A stretch of 64,000 nucleotides of DNA. Source: Chloroflexota bacterium. Lineage in GTDB: Bacteria > Chloroflexota > Dehalococcoidia > Lucifugimonadales > UBA3495. This document shows positions 52,926 through 61,542 of this stretch, in pieces. Position 1 is the first letter of the stretch; each line of letters opens with the position of its first letter. The stretch covers positions 10,019 through 74,018 of the forward strand of contig JAPPCX010000067.1 in NCBI GenBank assembly GCA_028875655.1, in the 5' to 3' direction. The notes beneath the pieces were generated by a model, which worked only from the letters and a program-made list of their open reading frames with translations, made no database searches and was not told the origin of the DNA. The position numbers and the translations under genes are program-made.

Positions 52926-53474
52926 ATGACCACAACCAAATTGATGACCGCTGATGAGCTTATATTGCTGCCCGATAACGGAATGCGGCAGGAGTTGGTG
53001 CGAGGAGAGTTGATTGAGATGCCCCCACCCGGCAAGGCGCACGGCGTAACGTCAACACGCTTTGGCGCTACCCTATTCAACTACGCCGACGCCAACGATT
53101 ATGGTACTGTCGGAGATAATCATGGCTATCGGTTGGAATCCAACCCCGACACCGTGCGCGCTCCTGACGTGGCTTGGTTTGCTCCAGGGCATCCGGCTGA
53201 ACAAACCGACGGTTATCCCGAGCGTGCCCCCGACCTGGTGGTGGAGATTAAATCACCCAGCGATTCGCCCCGAGATGTCGCGGAACGCGCTCAGATGTGG
53301 CTCGACTTCGGCGCGCAGGAGGTATGGTACGGCGACCCCCAAACCACCTCCGTAACCCGCTACCGTCCCGAACAGGAACCCGAAACCCTCAGCGAAGGCG
53401 ACATCCTCGACGGCGGCGACCTGCTCCCCGGTTTCAGCATCCCCGTTTGGCGACTCTTCCGCCGCCACCGCTAG
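52926..53474 (+). CDS. Uma2 family (DUF820) endonuclease
   Basis: MTADELILLPDNGMRQELVRGELIEMPP...VRAPDVAWF...APDLVVEIKSPSDSPRDVAERAQMWLDFGAQEVWYGDP. Confidence 0.85.
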   Translation: MTTTKLMTADELILLPDNGMRQELVRGELIEMPPPGKAHGVTSTRFGATLFNYADANDYGTVGDNHGYRLESNPDTVRAPDVAWFAPGHPAEQTDGYPERAPDLVVEIKSPSDSPRDVAERAQMWLDFGAQEVWYGDPQTTSVTRYRPEQEPETLSEGDILDGGDLLPGFSIPVWRLFRRHR

Positions 53475-53524
53475 CCTCCCTGAACCTCAGCATCATCAAC
53501 CCATATCCATCCTGGAGCCTATCA

Positions 53525-54394
53525 ATGCCTACCTTCGACTCCGATGGCGTGCAGATTTTCTACCAGTCCACCGGCGAAGGCTTCCCGCTCATCTGGAGCC
53601 ACGAGTTCGCCGGTTCCTACGAGAGCTGGGAGCAGCAGGTGCGCTACTTCAGCCACCGCTACCGCGTCATCACCTACAACGACCGCGGCTACCCGCCCTC
53701 CGAGGTGCCCACCGACCCCGAAGCGTACTCGCAGGACGTCACCCTAGAGGACCTGCGCCGCCTCATGGATCACCTGGAACTTGACCAGGCCTATATCGGC
53801 GGCCTGTCCATGGGCGGCAACGTGGCGCTCAACTTCGCCCTGCGCTACCCCGAACGCTGCAAGGCCATCATCGTGGCGTCCGCCGGCTCCGGCACCACCC
53901 ACAACGAGGCCTTCCGCACCGGCGGCGAGGCCATGGCCGCCCGCCTGCTCGCCGAGGGCACCCCTCCGGTCATGAAGGACTACGGCAGCGGCCCCACCCG
54001 TGTCCAACTCCAGCGCAAGGACCCGCGCGGCTACGAGGAATTCATGCGCCTGCTCTTCGGACACAACGCCCGCGGTTCGGCCTATACCTTCCGCGGCGTC
54101 CAGCTCAAGCGCCCCACTATCGACCAGCTGATTCCGCAGATGAACGCCTGCCAGGTGCCCACGCTCATCCTCGCCGGCGACGAGGACGACCCCTGCGTCG
54201 AGCCTTCCATCATGATGAAGCGCCACATCCCCAAGAGCGGCCTGGCGGTGCTGCCCCAGTGCGGCCATGCCATCAACCTGGAGGAGCCGGCCCTCTTCAA
54301 TCAGCTGGTGTCCGACTTTCTGTCGTCAGTAGAGGCCGGCAAATGGGCCGACCACCCCCTGGGCGACACCCCATATTCCACCGGTTCCCGGTAG
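53525..54394 (+). CDS. Alpha/beta-fold hydrolase
   Basis: MPTFDSDGVQIFYQSTGEGFPLIWSHEFAGS..., nucleophile elbow GLSMGG, ...LILAGDEDD...PQCGHAINLEEP. Confidence 0.85.
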   Translation: MPTFDSDGVQIFYQSTGEGFPLIWSHEFAGSYESWEQQVRYFSHRYRVITYNDRGYPPSEVPTDPEAYSQDVTLEDLRRLMDHLELDQAYIGGLSMGGNVALNFALRYPERCKAIIVASAGSGTTHNEAFRTGGEAMAARLLAEGTPPVMKDYGSGPTRVQLQRKDPRGYEEFMRLLFGHNARGSAYTFRGVQLKRPTIDQLIPQMNACQVPTLILAGDEDDPCVEPSIMMKRHIPKSGLAVLPQCGHAINLEEPALFNQLVSDFLSSVEAGKWADHPLGDTPYSTGSR

Positions 54395-54395
54395 C

Positions 54396-55298
54396 CTACC
54401 GCCCCCAGCCCACCGGTATCACTTCCCGGAACTCCCGCATCGCCTCGATGTGCTGGTCCACGGCGCTCAGCGGACCCCGCCGCGCCTCGGCCATCACGTG
54501 CGTGCCGCCCAGCGCCTGCCAGCCCTCAACCTCTGCCAGCCATTCCTCCGGCGACTTGTCGGGCATGCGGATTCGTCCCGCCAGCCCAAGGTCCTCAGGC
54601 TCGCGTCCCGCCTCGGCGATGTAGGTCTGCATCTTGTCCAACACCATGCGGGCATCGTCCCCCGGCGGAAAGCTCGGAAACCAGCCGTCGCCCATCCGCG
54701 CGATGCGCCGCAGCACTACGTCCCTAGGCACCGGACCCGCCGATCCGCCGGCCCCGAACCAGACGGGAATGGGTTGCTGCACCGGCAGCGGCTTGATGCC
54801 GGCCGAGCGCACCGTATGCCAGCGGCCCTCGAAGTCCACCACGTCCTGAGTCCACAGCGCGCGCATCAGGTCAATCTGCTCCTCCGAGCGGATGCCTCGA
54901 TTCGTAAAATCCTCGCCCAGCGCCTCGAACTCCACGTGGTTCCAGCCTACGCCGATGCCCAGCGTGAGCCGGCCTCCACTTAGCACGTCAATCTCGGCGG
55001 CCTGCTTGGCGACCAAAGCAGTCTGCCGCTGCGGCAGGATCAAGATGCCCGTAATCAGTCGTATCCTGGTTGTGATTGCGGCGATGAACGCCAGCGTCGT
55101 CAGCGACTCGTGGATCACGCTGTGGTGGGTGTAGTAGCTGCCCCGCACGTGCTCGTGGTGGGCCGGGTCCGCGCCCAGCACATGGTCGGCGATGAACAGG
55201 TAATCGAACTCCATACCCTCCACCGCCTGCACGTAGTCGCGGATGGCCGCCGGGTCCGGCCCGATCTCAGTCTGCGGGAAAATTGCGCCAATCTGCAT
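54396..55298 (-). CDS. Luciferase-like monooxygenase (LLM) class, probable F420-dependent oxidoreductase
   Basis: MQIGAIFPQTEIGPDPAAIRDYVQAVEGMEFDYLFIADHVLGADP...LTLGIGVGWNHVEFEALG. ATG 55298 is preceded by GAAGGAAG. The track start at 55313 is a GTG alternative. Confidence 0.85.
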   Translation of the reverse strand: MQIGAIFPQTEIGPDPAAIRDYVQAVEGMEFDYLFIADHVLGADPAHHEHVRGSYYTHHSVIHESLTTLAFIAAITTRIRLITGILILPQRQTALVAKQAAEIDVLSGGRLTLGIGVGWNHVEFEALGEDFTNRGIRSEEQIDLMRALWTQDVVDFEGRWHTVRSAGIKPLPVQQPIPVWFGAGGSAGPVPRDVVLRRIARMGDGWFPSFPPGDDARMVLDKMQTYIAEAGREPEDLGLAGRIRMPDKSPEEWLAEVEGWQALGGTHVMAEARRGPLSAVDQHIEAMREFREVIPVGWGR

Positions 55299-55316
55299 AC
55301 GAACTTCCTTCACACC

Positions 55317-55412
55317 GTCATTCCCGCGAAAGCGGGAATCCAGTGTGCCTTTAGTGAATCATAGATTGCTCGTCCCATCAGCGAATGTCATTGCGAGCGC
55401 AGCGTGGCAATC
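55317..55412. repeat. Adjacent REP family 1 and family 2 copies
   Basis: gtcattcccgcgaaagcgggaatcc (55317-55341) ... gtcattgcgagcgcagcgtggcaatc (55387-55412). Confidence 0.8.
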
Positions 55413-55415
55413 CCG

Positions 55416-56435
55416 TCAGCGCCGGTACTCGTCGCCGCAGTCGCCGATCATCCGGTACAGGTCGCGGGCGCCGGACGATACCTCGTCAATCGCCCGGTAG
55501 TCGTCCGCATCCAGTTGGAAGCTGAATATACGGGCGTTCTCCGCGATGTGCTCGGCCACACCCAGCCGCGCCCCGATGATCACGCCGGCCACGGTGTTTT
55601 GCTCCAGGATGTACCGCGCCGCCACGTTGGCAATGCTGACGCCGTGCTGGTCGGCGATGGCTCTGAGCGTAGCCAACAGACGTTGGAACAAATCCCAGCC
55701 TCCCCAGGCGTCCACCATTTGCTTGTACTTGCGCAGGCTGGCGGTGTTCAGCGCGCCGGCGTCCGGCTCCGGTTGGCCCAGGTAGCGGTCGGACAGCAGC
55801 CCGCCGCACAGCATGCCGTAGGGCAGCAGCCACACCCTCTGCTCCTCGCACACGGCCGTCATCTGCACCTCCGGCCGTCGGTCGATCAGCGAGTACTGCA
55901 CCTGGTTGGACACCACGCGGACGCCGTGGTCGGCGATGTCCCGCAGACGTTGGGTGTCGAAATTGGTCAACGCCACGCGGTGCAGCTTGCCTTCGTCCCG
56001 CAGTGCCGCCAGTTGCTCCAGCGCGTCCAGGTAGCGCTTGTCGGTGTACTCCCACCAGTGGAACTGCAGCAGGTCCAGCCGTTCCACGCCCATGCGCCGC
56101 AGCGAGATGTCAACGTTGTTCTCCACGATCTGCCGCGTCATCGGCCCCGGGCGCGGCACCCACTTGGTGAACGCCTGCATCTCCGACAGCGTGTCCACTC
56201 CGCGCGCATCGGCCAAACGCCGCCTAAACTCCCCGATAAAGTCCTCCGCCGGTCCGTAGTGGTCCGCCAGATCCCACGTGGTGAACCCCGCGTCGTGGTA
56301 GGCCAACATCGCGTCCAGCGCGGCCTCGGGATCAATCCGCCCATGAGCTCCCGACACCTGCCACATCCCGTTGAGCACACGGCAGATGGGCAGGCCGTCA
56401 ACAAAGCGGAGGCGGGATTCGGAAGGGAGGGTCAT
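55416..56435 (-). CDS. Aldo/keto reductase
   Basis: ...GFTTWDLADHYGPAEDFIGEF...LDLLQFHWWEY...GKLHRVALTNF...SNQVQYSLIDRR... is the typical AKR pattern. Confidence 0.9.
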   Translation of the reverse strand: MTLPSESRLRFVDGLPICRVLNGMWQVSGAHGRIDPEAALDAMLAYHDAGFTTWDLADHYGPAEDFIGEFRRRLADARGVDTLSEMQAFTKWVPRPGPMTRQIVENNVDISLRRMGVERLDLLQFHWWEYTDKRYLDALEQLAALRDEGKLHRVALTNFDTQRLRDIADHGVRVVSNQVQYSLIDRRPEVQMTAVCEEQRVWLLPYGMLCGGLLSDRYLGQPEPDAGALNTASLRKYKQMVDAWGGWDLFQRLLATLRAIADQHGVSIANVAARYILEQNTVAGVIIGARLGVAEHIAENARIFSFQLDADDYRAIDEVSSGARDLYRMIGDCGDEYRR

Positions 56436-56460
56436 CGTTGCACTGAAAGGATGCGCGAAA

Positions 56461-58164
56461 TTAACGAGGAGTGACTGCGCTGGACGCTATTTCGGCGATG
56501 GCATCCAGAACAGTGGTTACTTCTGGGTCAATTTCTTCCGGTTGGATGTACTCGACTAGGAAATGATAGTCGGATTTTGGCAATCTGACGGATATGCCCG
56601 TTTTTTCGGCAAAATCTCTAAACAGTAATTCAAAGAACCTTTCAGAGACTTTCATGTTGCCGTCCCATGGCGAGCCGAGGTTAGCCCGCTGCAACACGGC
56701 TTCAATTTCTTCAACGAGGTCAACCATGAAATCGCGGAATAGGGGAAACTGGGATGCAGCCCACCTTACCGGGACCTCTGCGGTGCAGAAATAATTTTCA
56801 ATCTCACGCTGCGTCCATGTATGTTCGTGCAAATCCACGTAGGTATCGGCGGGTAAGCCTCTTTCCAGGCGGTCGAACAAAGCGTAGGCCTTCAAGTGTG
56901 GGCAAGCCTCGCGCAAACCCCAAAAGTGCTGACGCGCCTGCATCGGTTGATTGCCTACATAGTGGACGAAAGGGCGTTCCAATGCGTTTAGAGCAGGGTG
57001 CTGGAGTTGACGCGCGAAAGCCTGCAATATGGACAGGTCGGTGGATCCCTCCAAGTATAAGACCCAGCCGGTAAGCTCAGCTTGCAAGTAATGTTCAAAG
57101 CCTATTTCTGCCAGTGCTTTGGCAACCTGATTGCCGCGACCATCAATACGGTGAGGCCGGCCCACGAACGCCGTCACCGAATGTCTCTCGCCGGCTTCGT
57201 TCAAGACCACCTCGGAGTGCGTCGCAATCAGCAGTTGGCTGTTCTGCTGCGCCGCGGTCTCGGTAATTGCTTGGTAGATTTGGCGTTGCCGCAGTATTTC
57301 CAAATGAGCATCCGGCTCGTCCAACAATATTATTGAATTCGGATGCAATAGCATGTAGACGGTTAGCAACAACGTTTGCTGAAACCCACGCCCCGATGAG
57401 GATAAATCCAGGTCCAGATTGGGCATATAAGCGTCTTTATATTGCAGCGTAATTTCGCCGCGTTCCGGGTTGTACAGCGGGATTAAAATGGTTGCGCCAA
57501 AGGTCTTTTCGATGCGCGGGACCAGAACCTCGTTCCACAGGTTGCGGTGGTTCAGGAACACGTCAAAACAGAGGTTGCGCAGCACCTCAGCGGTACGACC
57601 CTGCCCAAGCAATACGTTCACGGTGCCGGGTTGGAGCATCGCTTCCGTACTGGCCAGGCCAGACATGGGCGGGAGGAAAGCAACCTGCTCGTCGTATGCT
57701 TCGGATGGGATTGGCATCCTGGTCTTACCGTCCGGGCTCGTTCGCAAAGGTCGGCAATAGAATAATTCCGGATTGGCGTAATCGAATTCCAGTCCGCAAA
57801 CCCAATCTTTTCCACCTGTTGCAATTCCTTCAACAACGATCTCGATGCGGACGTTGGCAGTGCCACCCTCGCGTCGATTAACTTCGCGGGTTCTCAGTCC
57901 CCGCCAAAGCAGGTTGGCGTGGCCCACTGGTACAGACAATAAGTCCAACCGGTTGATGGACACACCCGGTCGCTGCAAATCGTCCGTTGGCACCATCCCC
58001 CAGCGTTCACGCCACCGCCGCAGCCCCAGTTCCCACAGCGCAAGCGCTTGCAAGGCAGTCGTTTTTCCAGAGTCGTTTGGGCCCACGAAAACCACGACGT
58101 TATCCAGTTCTACGGTAACGTCTTCAAACTGCTTGAAGTTGCGGACTGTCAGCTTGGTGAGCAT
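56461..58164 (-). CDS. ABC-type (AAA_15/21-like) ATPase fused to a DUF4435/Toprim-like C-terminal domain (fused PARIS AriA-AriB-like or class 1 OLD-like)
   Basis: MLTKLTVRNFKQFEDVTVELDNVVVFVGPNDSGKTT (Walker A), SSGRGFQQTLLL (signature-like), IILLDEPDAHLE (Walker B), IATHSE (H-loop). The C-terminal part reads GWVLYLEGSTDLSILQAF, YALFDRLERG, TQREIENYF. It is AT-richer than its neighbours. Confidence 0.7.
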   Translation of the reverse strand: MLTKLTVRNFKQFEDVTVELDNVVVFVGPNDSGKTTALQALALWELGLRRWRERWGMVPTDDLQRPGVSINRLDLLSVPVGHANLLWRGLRTREVNRREGGTANVRIEIVVEGIATGGKDWVCGLEFDYANPELFYCRPLRTSPDGKTRMPIPSEAYDEQVAFLPPMSGLASTEAMLQPGTVNVLLGQGRTAEVLRNLCFDVFLNHRNLWNEVLVPRIEKTFGATILIPLYNPERGEITLQYKDAYMPNLDLDLSSSGRGFQQTLLLTVYMLLHPNSIILLDEPDAHLEILRQRQIYQAITETAAQQNSQLLIATHSEVVLNEAGERHSVTAFVGRPHRIDGRGNQVAKALAEIGFEHYLQAELTGWVLYLEGSTDLSILQAFARQLQHPALNALERPFVHYVGNQPMQARQHFWGLREACPHLKAYALFDRLERGLPADTYVDLHEHTWTQREIENYFCTAEVPVRWAASQFPLFRDFMVDLVEEIEAVLQRANLGSPWDGNMKVSERFFELLFRDFAEKTGISVRLPKSDYHFLVEYIQPEEIDPEVTTVLDAIAEIASSAVTPR

Positions 58165-58302
58165 CTCTAAAGCCTTCCCTCGGGTAGGACAATTCCGATT
58201 GTACCACCCAGCGGCGAGCGCGTTCCGTCCCTGTGTTACGATGGCCGTACTTTACTGCCACTTGACCCAGCCATTCCGCATTGACCACAGGAGGCCCCCG
58301 CC

Positions 58303-59409
58303 ATGACCACCCAGCAGCCTATCAAGATCGGACTCATCGGCGCCAACATTCACGTAGGCTGGTCGCCACGCGCTCACTTGCCGGCCTTACAAGCTCATCC
58401 CGACTTTGACCTGGCCGCCGTCTGCACCACACGCCAGGAATCCGCCGACGAGGCCAGGGCCGCCTTCAACGCCGGCAGCGCGTGGGATGATTACAACCGG
58501 ATGCTCTCCGATGGCGACATCGAGGCCGCCACCATATCTTTGCGCGTGCCCAGCCACTATGAACCCACCACTGCCGCCCTGCGCGCCGGCAAGCACACCT
58601 TCACCGAATGGCCCCTGGGCCGCACCACCGATGAGGCCGTCGAGATGGCCGACCTGGCCCGACAGCAGGGCGTAAAAACCGCCGTCGGCTTGCAGGCCCG
58701 CGCCAATCCCGCCGTCGCCCACCTCAGCAACCTCGTCGCCGACGGCTACGTGGGCCGCGTCATGACCTGCCACGTCCGCCTGATGCGCGAGGGTGTCCTG
58801 TCCCGCGACTCCGGCCGCACCTGGCAACGGGACAACGAGCTGGGCGCTCACACCCTCACCATCGCCTGCGGCCACACCATCGACGCCCTGTGCAGCATCG
58901 TTGGTGAGTTTGCCGACGTGTCCACCGTCGTCAGCACACAGGCTGCCACCTGGCATGAGACCGATACCGGCCAGGACCTGCCGGTAACGTCACCCGACAA
59001 CATACTGGTCAGCGGCAACCTCCAGAGCGGCGGCGTGGCGTCCGTGCAGATCGGCAGCACTCCGTGGGCTGGCAGCGGCTACCGCATGGAAATCTACGGC
59101 GAGGAGGGCACGCTGGTCGCAGTATCCGTGGACTCGCCGCAGTTGCAGCAAGTCAGCATCCGCGGCGCCCGCGGGGGCAGCAACGAGTTGCAGGACCTCA
59201 CGCCGGCCGAGGAACTGCACCTGGCGCCCGAGATTCCCGGCGGCGCGGCCTACAACGTCGGCCAGCTGTACAGCCGGTTCGCCGCGTCCATCCGAGGCCA
59301 GTCCAACGGCGACGCCCTCCCCGACTTCGACCACGCCGTAACCCTGCACCGCTTCATCGACGCCATCCGTCAGTCCAGCGACGAGGGCCAGCGCGTTGCG
59401 GTGGCGTAG
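58303..59409 (+). CDS. Gfo/Idh/MocA family oxidoreductase
   Basis: IKIGLIGANIHVGW...AVCTTRQESADEA... and an EWPLG-containing N-domain plus a C-terminal alpha/beta domain. Confidence 0.85.
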   Translation: MTTQQPIKIGLIGANIHVGWSPRAHLPALQAHPDFDLAAVCTTRQESADEARAAFNAGSAWDDYNRMLSDGDIEAATISLRVPSHYEPTTAALRAGKHTFTEWPLGRTTDEAVEMADLARQQGVKTAVGLQARANPAVAHLSNLVADGYVGRVMTCHVRLMREGVLSRDSGRTWQRDNELGAHTLTIACGHTIDALCSIVGEFADVSTVVSTQAATWHETDTGQDLPVTSPDNILVSGNLQSGGVASVQIGSTPWAGSGYRMEIYGEEGTLVAVSVDSPQLQQVSIRGARGGSNELQDLTPAEELHLAPEIPGGAAYNVGQLYSRFAASIRGQSNGDALPDFDHAVTLHRFIDAIRQSSDEGQRVAVA

Positions 59410-59465
59410 GGTTGCCGCTGTCGCTGCTGTTCAACCACCCGGCCCGCATACCACGGTAGCGCCGG

Positions 59466-60089
59466 TCAGACGGCTTCCGCTACCGCGTCGCCACCGTCCA
59501 CCGGCATGCCCCCGCGCTCCTCAAGGTATCGCTGGCGACGGGCCAGTCGCTCCTCAACAGTGGCGTCCCAATCCTCGCGCAGCACTTCCATCAGGATGAA
59601 GTCGTGGGACATGCGGCGGACATGGCGCACCGGGTTGAACCCGGATCGCTCAAAACTCTTCTGCGCGCGGTGATTCCATTCCAGCGTGTGCAGGTACACG
59701 CGCTTCAGGCGCATATCGCCAAACATGTACTGCAGCAGCGTGACCACGGCGTCATATCCGTACCCGCCGCTCCAGTAGTCCTTGTCTCCGATCACGATGC
59801 CCAGTTCGGCCGCCTTGGCCAGGCTGTCCAGGTCGTAGTACATGCAGTTGCCGATGTACTTGCCGCCGGCCGCCTCGATTCCGAAGTGGTGCGAGCCCGG
59901 CGTCGGCCAGCGAATCTGGTCCTCGAAAAGCTTGAGGTACCGGTCGTATTTCATGGTCAGCGGATAAGCGGCGTCCAACCGCGCTATCTCGGGGTCGCTG
60001 CGCCAGATGTAGTCCTTCTCGGCGTCCTCCATGCGCTTGCCGCGCAGCAGGACGCGCACCCCCCGCAGCACCAGATCCTGCTTGCTCAT
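59466..60089 (-). CDS. GNAT family N-acetyltransferase (RimJ/RimL-like)
   Basis: LVLRGVRVLLRGKRMEDAE...AELGIVIGDKDYWSGGYGYDAVVTLLQYMFGDMRLKRVYLHTLEWNHRAQKSFERSGF. Confidence 0.85.
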   Translation of the reverse strand: MSKQDLVLRGVRVLLRGKRMEDAEKDYIWRSDPEIARLDAAYPLTMKYDRYLKLFEDQIRWPTPGSHHFGIEAAGGKYIGNCMYYDLDSLAKAAELGIVIGDKDYWSGGYGYDAVVTLLQYMFGDMRLKRVYLHTLEWNHRAQKSFERSGFNPVRHVRRMSHDFILMEVLREDWDATVEERLARRQRYLEERGGMPVDGGDAVAEAV

Positions 60090-60673
60090 GGCCCGCCGCT
60101 CTCCCGGTAAGTTTCAATGAGAGACCGGGCCGCTTCCAGTACGCTGCGCTCGTTGTCGTATTCCAGCAGCTCCAGAGCCTGGTCGTAGCTGCGCCATTCC
60201 ACCACGTCGAACTCGCCGTCGTGGTCCGACGTGCTGCCGCCGAGGGGTTCCATCAGGTAGAAATAGACCGTCTTGTCGTACCGCACTCCGTCGTCGTGGC
60301 CAACAAAGAAATACCGGATGCTGGTGATTGGAGCCAGCACGTTGACGTGAACGCCCGTTTCCTCCTGCACTTCCCGGCGAGCCGTTTCTTCCACCGTTTC
60401 CCCACGCTCCGGAGTGCCTTTCGGCAGGCGCCAGGTTAAAGGTTCGCCCTCGCCATGATAAACGGGCCGGGCCCGGGCGCACAGCAGCGTTTCAATCAGG
60501 TCGCCGGCCTGCCGGAACACCAGGCCGCCGGCAGACACCACCTTGGCGTTGGGACGAGGACCAGCGGGGTATGACACCGAGTCTGGCCCTGCCGCTTCCA
60601 CAGCCAGACCATGCCCGATGACGGCATTGTCTATGTGAGCGTCGTCATCAGATGGAAAACCGGGATTCGTCAT
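60086..60673 (-). CDS. NUDIX hydrolase
   Basis: Nudix box LPKGTPERGETVEETARREVQEETGV. Its stop overlaps the GNAT start (ATGA). Confidence 0.85.
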   Translation of the reverse strand: MTNPGFPSDDDAHIDNAVIGHGLAVEAAGPDSVSYPAGPRPNAKVVSAGGLVFRQAGDLIETLLCARARPVYHGEGEPLTWRLPKGTPERGETVEETARREVQEETGVHVNVLAPITSIRYFFVGHDDGVRYDKTVYFYLMEPLGGSTSDHDGEFDVVEWRSYDQALELLEYDNERSVLEAARSLIETYRESGGP

Positions 60674-60763
60674 AGATAAAACAGTAAACCGTTGGATGTG
60701 CGGCTATTGTAGCCGTAGGGCCGGGACGGGTCAAACGAACTGTCGGGCTTTACCCGCCGGCGC

Positions 60764-61027
60764 CTACCCGCCGCCGATGGCCGGCACGAAGTGGATTTCC
60801 GAGGTCTCGCTGATGCGCTGCATCAGGCCCATGCGGGCCACTTCGCCATCCACGTCCACGGCCAGGTTGGGGCGGATGTCGTCGTCTTCCATCAGCCGGC
60901 CGGCGATGCCGGGGAACAACTCGTCCAGCCGCTCGATGGCCTGCCGGACGTTGCGCGCCTCCACCTCCACCTCCTTCACGCCGCCGGTGGCGGATTGCAG
61001 CATCGTAGGAACAAACACCTTGGCCAC
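60764..61027 (-). CDS. MoaD/ThiS-family sulfur-carrier protein
   Basis: 87 aa, beta-grasp pattern, C-terminal ...IHFVPAIGGG diglycine. Confidence 0.8.
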   Translation of the reverse strand: MAKVFVPTMLQSATGGVKEVEVEARNVRQAIERLDELFPGIAGRLMEDDDIRPNLAVDVDGEVARMGLMQRISETSEIHFVPAIGGG

Positions 61028-61542
61028 GTCACACCTCCTGCGCCCTGAGCACCGTATCTGTGAGATTGCTGCCTATATCATAAGGCAAAAGTGGCGGGGC
61101 ATGTTGCTCACGCTGGCCCACTTTGGGAAATGGTTATGGGGATACCTCTGACGGGGGGTAGTTTGCATGGATGAACAGAATGAACAGGATTAGGGATTGG
61201 AGCACGTAGTGGCTATTTTGTCGAAATCCCGCTTATTTCCGCTCATTTCCTATCATTTGAGTAGGGCGTTTGGAGGGTCGTGGGGGTGTAATGAAGGACG
61301 GTGAGCATGGTTTTGGGCACGATGACGGGGGATTTGGCGCCTGGATTTGGGCAACCGGGCAGGTGGGGGTTGGCAGCGGTTAGGTGATGGTTAATATGGT
61401 AAGGATGGGTTGGGAGTTGGGGCAAGAGGGAAGGTGTCAGTAGATTGTCGTCCGCGAGAGGCAGAGTGACTTGCGGGCGGCGATTTCGCTGAGCGGGGTC
61501 TGCTACAATTTTGCCAGCCAGCATTTCTGCCGGAGCCTTGCC

